This document shows positions 36,266-42,742 of a DNA stretch of 64,000 bases, piece by piece. Position 1 is the stretch's first letter. Every line of letters starts with the position of its first letter. This stretch comes from Acidimicrobiales bacterium. GTDB lineage: Bacteria > Actinomycetota > Acidimicrobiia > Acidimicrobiales > SHLQ01. The stretch is taken from NCBI GenBank assembly GCA_020629635.1, contig JAHDCX010000016.1, positions 34,154-98,153 of the forward strand, given 5' to 3'. The notes beneath the pieces were generated by a model. The model had not been told where the DNA came from. It saw nothing but the letters and a program-made list of their open reading frames with translations, and did no database searches. The position numbers and the translations under genes are program-made.

Positions 36266-38163
36266 TCCCACTCCTGATCGTCGCCGGAAAAGGCGGCGTC
36301 GGAAAGACGGTACTGACTGCGACCCTCGGCCGCGCTGCCGCAGCGGAGGGTCATCGGACACTGCTCATCGAAATCGGTGGTCAACGCCAACTCCCGCCGC
36401 TGCTTCGTCACGATCTCTCCGGTGTCACGTTCCACGACGACCAGCCCACGATGATCCGCAAGAACGTCGGGTGGGAGTCGATCAGCGCCGACCGCCTCCT
36501 GGCGGGCTGGCTCGCGGGAAAGAACATGGGAATGATCGCGAGTCGCCTCGAGAAGTCGGGCGCGCTTGCGGTGATCGCCACGTCCGTACCCGGCATCAAA
36601 GACGTGTTGTTGCTCGGTCATGTTCGCGGCGCCCTCGATTCGGGCGTGTGGGATCGCGTCATCATCGACGGGCCGGCGTCGGGGCGGGCCCGAGAGATGC
36701 TTCGTGCATCGAAGCAGGTTGCCGAGACGGCGCTCGAAGGGCCCATCCACGATCAGGGGACCCGGGCTCATGCGTTGTTGACCGATCACGAGCGATCGGC
36801 GATCGTGCTCGTCACCACGGCCGAGGAGACACCGGTCAACGAAACGATCGAGACCGCCTTCGACGTCGAGGACGATCCCGGAATTCGCCTCGCTGGCGTG
36901 ATCGTGAACCGGGTCTTTCCTCCCGATGCTCCGCCGAAGGCCCTCGACGGCCACCCCGGCCACACCCGCCTCGTCACTCGCCACGACGGCGAACGCCAGG
37001 CCATCGACCGCCTCACAACCGAGCTACCGGTGTCGCAGATGCACCTGCCCGAGCTCGCCGGTGGGGTGGTCGGTCCGAAGGCGGTCGAGTCCCTCATGAC
37101 GGGCGATCCGCAGGAGCCGCCGAAGGCACTCAAGGAGGTCGGCCTCAAGACCGCTCCTGCGCCGTCCGTCGACGACACGGACGTGATCGTCACCGTCGGC
37201 ACCGGCGGCGTCGGCAAGACCTCGGTCGGCGCGGCCCTCGCCGTGCGACATGCGATCGACGGCCGACGCGTCGCCCTCATCACGGTCGATCCCGCACGGC
37301 GACTTGCCGATGCGCTCGGGCTCGACGCCCTTTCGAACGACCTGACGGCTGTCGAGGTGCCCGGTGCCAAAGGCTCTCTCCACGCCACGATGCTCGACGC
37401 CGCGGCGACGTTCGAACGGGTGATCCGCCGCGACGGCACCCCCCAACAGGCCGAAGCGATCCTCGAGTCGAAGTTCGCTGTCGCGATGATGAACGAACTC
37501 TCCGGCATGACCGAATACATGGCCGTCGAACGGCTCTCCGAGCTGCATACCAACGACGACATCGATCTCGTGGTGGTGGATACGCCACCGTCGGCCGATG
37601 CGTTGGCGTTCCTGGACGCCCCCAACCTTCTCGGTCGACTGCTCGACAACCGCGTCTATCGATTCCTCGTGCACGGCAGACAGAAATCGATCCTCGGTCG
37701 CACGCTCGGTCCGGTCGTCGAACAACTCATCTCCACCGTCGGCGGATCCGTGGTGCGCGACGCCGTCGAGTTCTTCAAGAGCTTCGACGGCCTCGAGAAC
37801 GGCTTTCGGGAGCGCAGCGACACGATCCATGCGCTGCTGCGATCCGACCGAGCCTCATTCGTGGTGATTGCGTCGGCGTCGGGGACGTCGCTCGAGCAGG
37901 CGGCGCGATTCGTCGGCGATCTCCGAGACGCCGACGTCGAACCGGGTCTCACGATCGTCAACCGCTGCACTCCGGAATTCGAGCCGGTCGAGGGCACCGG
38001 ACACGAACTGATCGACCACTTTCGGATCGCCCGATGGATGGAACGGCGCCGAATGTCGACCTGGACCCGAGACACCGGCATTGGGCTGCGCACGATCGAC
38101 GAACTCGCCGAACCCGTCGCCAGCCTCGACGGCGTGCTCGAACTCGCCGCCCAGCTTCGCTGA
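36217..38163 (+). CDS. tandem (fused) ArsA/GET3-like P-loop ATPase
   Basis: Two halves each carry a deviant Walker A: LLIVAGKGGVGKTVLTATL and IVTVGTGGVGKTSVGAALA. This resembles the pair of adjacent anion-transporter-ATPase-like genes next to whiB4 in mycobacteria, but here as one ORF. The start is GTG 36217 or 36241. Confidence 0.8.
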   Translation: MPTPRILHVTDRFDVPFPLLIVAGKGGVGKTVLTATLGRAAAAEGHRTLLIEIGGQRQLPPLLRHDLSGVTFHDDQPTMIRKNVGWESISADRLLAGWLAGKNMGMIASRLEKSGALAVIATSVPGIKDVLLLGHVRGALDSGVWDRVIIDGPASGRAREMLRASKQVAETALEGPIHDQGTRAHALLTDHERSAIVLVTTAEETPVNETIETAFDVEDDPGIRLAGVIVNRVFPPDAPPKALDGHPGHTRLVTRHDGERQAIDRLTTELPVSQMHLPELAGGVVGPKAVESLMTGDPQEPPKALKEVGLKTAPAPSVDDTDVIVTVGTGGVGKTSVGAALAVRHAIDGRRVALITVDPARRLADALGLDALSNDLTAVEVPGAKGSLHATMLDAAATFERVIRRDGTPQQAEAILESKFAVAMMNELSGMTEYMAVERLSELHTNDDIDLVVVDTPPSADALAFLDAPNLLGRLLDNRVYRFLVHGRQKSILGRTLGPVVEQLISTVGGSVVRDAVEFFKSFDGLENGFRERSDTIHALLRSDRASFVVIASASGTSLEQAARFVGDLRDADVEPGLTIVNRCTPEFEPVEGTGHELIDHFRIARWMERRRMSTWTRDTGIGLRTIDELAEPVASLDGVLELAAQLR

Positions 38164-38276
38164 ATCAGCCCTCGTCGAGGGCAGCGATTGCCTCAACCAC
38201 ACCCGCTCTCGCGTGCTGCGCACGCGGGCCGCTCGGGCCCCGGCAATCAGCCCTCGTCGAGGGCAGCGATTGCCTC
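38163..38276. repeat. 32-bp exact direct duplication (38163-38194 and 38245-38276) of the 3' end of the STAS gene
   Basis: aatcagccctcgtcgagggcagcgattgcctc occurs twice, 82 bp apart. Copy 2 encodes EAIAALDEG-stop of the STAS protein. Copy 1 starts at the last base of the ArsA-like stop codon. Confidence 0.9.
38208..38228. terminator. GC hairpin CGCGTGC-TGC-GCACGCG between convergent genes
   Basis: The core stem is a perfect 7 bp, extendable to 9 with one G-U pair. There is no U-tract. It lies between the two 32-bp repeat copies. Confidence 0.35.
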
Positions 38277-38591
38277 TTGCGCCGATTCGCAGACGGGGAC
38301 GATGCGATCGAAGCCGGTGGTGTGGAGCAGGCGGTTGAGCCCTGCGGTCGTCGAGATCACCGCAACGTCGCCATCACCTTCACGCACACGACGAATACCG
38401 CCGATCAGCGCACCGAGACCCGCCGAATCCATGAACGGCACCTCGGACAGGTCGATCAGCAGGCGCGAGACGTTGTCGAGGCCGGACAGCGCGTCACGGA
38501 ACTCGCCCACGGTGTAGGCATCGACCTCACCGACGAGGCGGCACACGTGATGCGACTGGTCGGCGGCCTGTTCGATGTTGATCTCGAGCAT
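38247..38591 (-). CDS. STAS-domain anti-sigma-factor antagonist (SpoIIAA-like)
   Basis: The sequence LIDLSEVPFMDSAGLGALIG fits the STAS fold pattern with the phosphorylatable DSAG motif. Confidence 0.85.
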   Translation of the reverse strand: MLEINIEQAADQSHHVCRLVGEVDAYTVGEFRDALSGLDNVSRLLIDLSEVPFMDSAGLGALIGGIRRVREGDGDVAVISTTAGLNRLLHTTGFDRIVPVCESAQEAIAALDEG

Positions 38592-38631
38592 GGGTGCTAC
38601 AGGTTAGCCCACCCCGGCTAGCCTCCACCTC

Positions 38632-39018
38632 ATGTCGCCTGCCTCGGACACCGCCCCTGCGGTCCTGCTCGCCACCGATGCGGACTGGATCTTCGACGAA
38701 GTCGCCGCCGCGCTCGGCGGAACCCACGATGTTCACCGGGTCCGCGAAGGCAGCCAGGTGAGTCGTGCGGTCACCCGTGTCGAACCAGAGCTCGTCATCC
38801 TCGATCTCCAGATCGGCAACATGGGGGGCGTCGCCACATCGCTGCTCCTGAAGCAGGAAGCGCGAGCCGGGCGACTTCCGGACACGCCGGTCATGTTGCT
38901 GCTCGATCGTGAGGCCGACGAGTTCCTTGCGAGCACCTCCGACGCCGACGGTTGGATCACCAAGCCACTCAACGCTCTGGCGCTTCGCCGACAGGCGCAG
39001 AATCTCCTCGACGCCTGA
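38632..39018 (+). CDS. stand-alone receiver-domain (CheY-like) protein
   Basis: Receiver features are VLLATDADW, ELVILDLQIGNMGG (acceptor Asp) and GWITKPL (conserved Lys). Confidence 0.75.
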   Translation: MSPASDTAPAVLLATDADWIFDEVAAALGGTHDVHRVREGSQVSRAVTRVEPELVILDLQIGNMGGVATSLLLKQEARAGRLPDTPVMLLLDREADEFLASTSDADGWITKPLNALALRRQAQNLLDA

Positions 39019-39045
39019 CCGCGGCGGGCGAACCGCTTCTATACT
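39016..39045 (+). promoter_or_regulatory. candidate promoter for tRNA-Pro (TGACCG-n18-TATACT)
   Basis: A strong -10-like TATACT at 39040-39045 lies 17 nt upstream of the tRNA 5' end, and the -35-like hexamer is weak. This is pattern-based only. Confidence 0.3.
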
Positions 39046-39061
39046 GCGAGAGCTTGCTACA

Positions 39062-39135
39062 CGGGCAGTGGCGCAGGTTGGTAGCGCGCCTCGTTCGGGA
39101 CGAGGAGGTCGTGGGTTCAAATCCCGCCTGCCCGA
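39062..39135 (+). tRNA. tRNA-Pro (anticodon CGG)
   Basis: The cloverleaf is: acceptor CGGGCAG/CTGCCCG; D arm GCGC-AGGTTGGTA-GCGC; anticodon arm CCTCG-TTCGGGA-CGAGG; T arm GTGGG-TTCAAAT-CCCGC; discriminator A. CCA is not encoded. Confidence 0.9.
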
Positions 39136-39156
39136 CTCCTGACCCCGAGCGCGCCG

Positions 39157-40149
39157 TCAGCCGCCGTAGTGGTCGATCGAGTCCTTCCCGGTTCGCATCT
39201 GATCGATGGCGTTCTGCGCGTCGGCGATCGCATGCTCGAGGCGCTCGATCACGAGCGCTCGGTCGGCAAACGGCAACGTCTCGACCAGATCGTTCAAACG
39301 ACCGGCGCTTCGCCACGCCGCCATCTTCGCCCACTCGGTGAACAACACGTCGTGGTCGTCGATGGCCATCAGGTCGACGGAACGGCTTTGTTCGTCCCGA
39401 CTCGTGTCGAGCGCAACGTAACCGTTGACCATCGAGATCCGCTCGCACAACTCGTCGAGCGGACCAGCTCGGTGCACGACCATGTCGCCGTGCAGCGCAA
39501 TCGCCCAACCCGGTCCACCGAAATCGGGCGCCACCGTCCGCTCCGGAGGTGGCGTGAGACCTGCGGCCGCGAGCTCGGCGGCCTCATGCTTGGTCCCGAC
39601 GAAGTACTCGAACCGTCCGCCCGCAACGGTGGCCGGATCGGTCACGGACATCACGAAATCGAGCGGCAACGTGTCGTGATGCCATTTGTCGATCCCGACC
39701 TCGATCCTCGACGGCGAATAGTTGAGATGCCCGAGGTGCAGGGGCATCGGATGGGACGCCACCGGGATCCCGTAGATCGCCGAAAGGTGTTCGGTGACGT
39801 GCGAACTGGTGCAGAGGTCCCGGAGCCAGCGGCTTCGATAGCAGCCTCCTCTCACCATGTTCTCGATGCGGTCGCCAGCCGGCTTGACGAACGCCTGCAA
39901 CCGCCGAGCGGTTTCCAACATGATCGCGGCGCCCTCGTCGCTCAGGACCCGAAACGGCGACGACGCGGCCACCGGTGTCGCTTTCGATGCGATCTCTTCG
40001 GCCGAGTAGCCGAGATCCGCGAGCTGGACGATCGTGGACGGCGCCTCCAGTTGAAGGTGGAGGTCCGGCGAGAACTCGGGCTCGCCATCGAGCCACGCAT
40101 AACCCGCAGGTTGGCTGGTGGGGAACGGAACGGCGACGCTCATCGCCAT
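39157..40149 (-). CDS. hypothetical protein, possible Fe(II)/2-oxoglutarate oxygenase (TauD/TfdA-like facial triad candidates)
   Basis: The ORF is 330 aa with good GC3. KWHHDTLPLDFV (H-x-D) and the distal ALHGDMVVHRAG motif suggest a cupin/2OG fold. The family is not securely recognised. Confidence 0.4.
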   Translation of the reverse strand: MAMSVAVPFPTSQPAGYAWLDGEPEFSPDLHLQLEAPSTIVQLADLGYSAEEIASKATPVAASSPFRVLSDEGAAIMLETARRLQAFVKPAGDRIENMVRGGCYRSRWLRDLCTSSHVTEHLSAIYGIPVASHPMPLHLGHLNYSPSRIEVGIDKWHHDTLPLDFVMSVTDPATVAGGRFEYFVGTKHEAAELAAAGLTPPPERTVAPDFGGPGWAIALHGDMVVHRAGPLDELCERISMVNGYVALDTSRDEQSRSVDLMAIDDHDVLFTEWAKMAAWRSAGRLNDLVETLPFADRALVIERLEHAIADAQNAIDQMRTGKDSIDHYGG

Positions 40150-40161
40150 ACGATCTCATCG

Positions 40162-40548
40162 ATGGAGCACGAACCCAAAGCATGCGGCTCCTGCGGCCGC
40201 CGCATCGAGTGGCGTGCCAAGTGGGCCTCGAACTGGGACGACGTCCGCTGGTGCAGCGAGGCGTGTCGTCGTCGGAAGGTCACCCGTGTCGACGACGCCC
40301 TGGAAGCGGCGATTCTCGAACTGCTGAGTCGCCGCGCCCGCGATGCCACGATCTGCCCGTCCGAAGCTGCTCGGATCGTGTCGGACGATGCGCTCGTCGA
40401 AGACTGGCGCGAGCTGATGGAGCCGGCACGTCGAGCGGCTCGACGGTTGGTGGCACGGGACCTCGTGGTCATCACCCAGAAGGGCCGGGTCGTGGATCCG
40501 TCGACCGCCAAGGGACCCATTCGGATTCGGGCACAGTCGACGCCATGA
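40162..40548 (+). CDS. DUF2256 zinc-ribbon + DUF3253 fusion protein
   Basis: The DUF2256 part reads CGSCGRRIEWRAKWASNWDDVRWCSEACRRRK. The DUF3253 part reads ICPSEAARIV...ITQKGRVVDPSTAKGPIRIR. Confidence 0.7.
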   Translation: MEHEPKACGSCGRRIEWRAKWASNWDDVRWCSEACRRRKVTRVDDALEAAILELLSRRARDATICPSEAARIVSDDALVEDWRELMEPARRAARRLVARDLVVITQKGRVVDPSTAKGPIRIRAQSTP

Positions 40549-41531
40549 GCATCGACGGACTTCTTGCGTCGATCTCGGCCGCCGCAGGATCGCCCCTCGC
40601 GTGGGCTCGTCCGCCTCAACCGCTGACCGGCGGATTCTGGGCGGAGATGTGGAAGGTCCGTCTCGAAGGTTCGGCTGATCTGGCCGACCGAGACCTCGTC
40701 GCCCGCGTGATGCCCGATCCCGAGGTCGCCATCCGAGAGATCATCGTGCAGCAGGCTGCGGCCGACGCGGGCGTCGCCACGCCCGCCGTTCGACTGAGCG
40801 GGGGCGAGGATCGCTGGATCGCGCAACGCTGGATGCTGATGGACTTCGTCGACGGATCGCCACTCGTCGGCGATCTCGATCCGCGTCGCCTCGCCGGCAC
40901 ACTGCCCGCCCTCATCCGCGACCTCCCGACTCGGCTCGCCGAGACCACCGCTCAGCTCCATGATGTCGACACGACAGGCGTCTCGGCCAGACTCCAGGTC
41001 GTCGACGACATCGATGAGCTCATGTTTCGGATCCGTGCCCGCGCCGAAGCCGTCGGGGCCAGTCAACTCGTCGAGCGGGGTCGCACCCTTCGGGCCGCCC
41101 GGCCCCCGACAGAACGTGCCGCGCTGTGCCACGGGGACATCCATCCGCTCAACGTCTTGATCGACGGGGCCGACACGACGCTGCTCGACTGGTCGACTGG
41201 TCGTCTCGCCCACCCGGCGTATGACCTTGCGTACACGTCGATGTTGGTGGCGAATCCGCCGCTCGATGCCCCCGGGCCGTTGCAGTGGTTGCTCACTGGC
41301 GCCGGCCGTCGAGTCGCTCAGCGGTTCATGAACGAATACGAGTCCCGTTGCGGTCGGATCGACCCGGAACAGATGGCGTGGTTCGGCGATCTTCACGCAT
41401 GGAGAATGCTCGGTGAGATCGCCACCTGGCGGGCAACCGGCTCCCTGGAAGACCATCGCGGACACCCGTTCTTGCAGATGGAGCACCGGCTCACGACGAG
41501 GCTCTTCGGATCCGCAGGTCGTCGACGCTGA
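40545..41531 (+). CDS. aminoglycoside/choline-kinase-type phosphotransferase family protein
   Basis: The Brenner motif LCHGDIHPLNVLID and DWS are present. The start overlaps the upstream stop (ATGA). Confidence 0.8.
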   Translation: MSIDGLLASISAAAGSPLAWARPPQPLTGGFWAEMWKVRLEGSADLADRDLVARVMPDPEVAIREIIVQQAAADAGVATPAVRLSGGEDRWIAQRWMLMDFVDGSPLVGDLDPRRLAGTLPALIRDLPTRLAETTAQLHDVDTTGVSARLQVVDDIDELMFRIRARAEAVGASQLVERGRTLRAARPPTERAALCHGDIHPLNVLIDGADTTLLDWSTGRLAHPAYDLAYTSMLVANPPLDAPGPLQWLLTGAGRRVAQRFMNEYESRCGRIDPEQMAWFGDLHAWRMLGEIATWRATGSLEDHRGHPFLQMEHRLTTRLFGSAGRRR

Positions 41532-42642
41532 CGATCTCTTCGCGATACGGGATCCGAAGCCACCCGAGGAACCGCAGGGCACCCGAAAGCACGCCGGCGC
41601 CGACCACCGCCACGGCGATGACGATGAGCAGGCCGGCCAGCTGCGCGAAGAGCTGGTCGATGCCTGCACCGTCGACCAGGCCAACGTCAGGAGCAAGTGC
41701 GCCGGGAGCCAGCAACCCGATCGCTCCTGCGACTCCGAACGAGCCTGCGACCCCGACCGGATCGTCGATTCGAATACGGCCCAGCACCCAGAACCCGACA
41801 AGCGCTCCGGCGCCGCCCGCCACGCCCACGGCGAAGGGCGTCCACCAGACTCCGTCGAGTCCCGCCATTGGCACAGAGGCAACGACCCCACCCAGGAGCC
41901 CCCGTACCGCTGAGGTCGACCCGACTCGCCCTGATCCCAGGGCACCGACCAGCGCGCCGGTCACGGCTCCGGCAGCACCGGCGACCAGGCCAGCCTCGAC
42001 CACACCCACGAGCGACTCGGCGTCAGGCGGTATCGAGGCGACCAGCAACCCTCCCGACGCCGCAACGGCGATTGCCGGCCCGACAAGTCCTGCAGCCGCA
42101 ACGGCGAGCGGGACAGACGACCCCGGGACGACTCGGGCCTGTCCACGGCCGCCGAAGCGACCCAGTCGCGGTCCGGTCATCGCCGAGACCACCAGGGCTC
42201 CCCATCCCGAAGCCGTCAAGAGCGCGCCCGTTCCCCCGGGGTCGACAAAGCCGCGGCCCGCGGCATCGATCGAGGCGAGGACGCCGCGTTCGAGCGCGTG
42301 AAGCAGCCCGGGTATCAACAACGCTCCGCAGGAGGCACCGATCGCCAGATGTGCGGTCGTTCGGAGTCGTTCGGCGGCTCCCGCCGAAACCACGGTCGCG
42401 GCGAGGGCCGCCATCGCCGCCGACTGCAGAACGACGTCATCGTCGACGCCCCGAATGAGTCGCTCAACCAGAACCGCCCCAAGCACGCCAGCGGCAGCAC
42501 CTACGAGATGACCGCCGGTGCCCGACATCACGGAACGCCGGCGACACAGCCCGACGATGATGACGAGAAGACCGGCGAAAGCGACGACATGGGAGATCGC
42601 GACGACGGCACGCCAGAGAGTCTCGGCGTCGCGGCTCACCAC
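41491..42642 (-). CDS. divergent ammonium-transporter (Amt)-like membrane protein lacking the twin-His pore residues
   Basis: The protein is polytopic. FVDPGGTGALLTASGWGALVVSAMTGPRLGRF aligns with AmtB LDFAGGTVVHINAAIAGLVGAYLIGKRVGF. IDDPVGVAGSFGVAGAIGLLAPG aligns with VDDPCDVFGVHGVCGIVGCIMTG. Both pore His positions and the GWFGFNAGS motif are replaced. Confidence 0.6.
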   Translation of the reverse strand: MVSRDAETLWRAVVAISHVVAFAGLLVIIVGLCRRRSVMSGTGGHLVGAAAGVLGAVLVERLIRGVDDDVVLQSAAMAALAATVVSAGAAERLRTTAHLAIGASCGALLIPGLLHALERGVLASIDAAGRGFVDPGGTGALLTASGWGALVVSAMTGPRLGRFGGRGQARVVPGSSVPLAVAAAGLVGPAIAVAASGGLLVASIPPDAESLVGVVEAGLVAGAAGAVTGALVGALGSGRVGSTSAVRGLLGGVVASVPMAGLDGVWWTPFAVGVAGGAGALVGFWVLGRIRIDDPVGVAGSFGVAGAIGLLAPGALAPDVGLVDGAGIDQLFAQLAGLLIVIAVAVVGAGVLSGALRFLGWLRIPYREEIVSVDDLRIRRASS

Positions 42643-42742
42643 TCCAGTTCACCGCAATCCCGACACGAATGCCCTGCCCGGCGACGCAGGATTTGGGGAA
42701 CGTAGGGCATCAACGCCCCGCGCTCGATGCCGATGGGAACCG

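Noticed and set aside
36060-38621. 853-aa + strand ORF overlapping the ArsA-like gene
   Set aside because: It is an Arg/Pro-rich nonsense-like translation. The alternative frame (36217-38163) carries two clean P-loop ATPase halves, so this one is a shadow frame.
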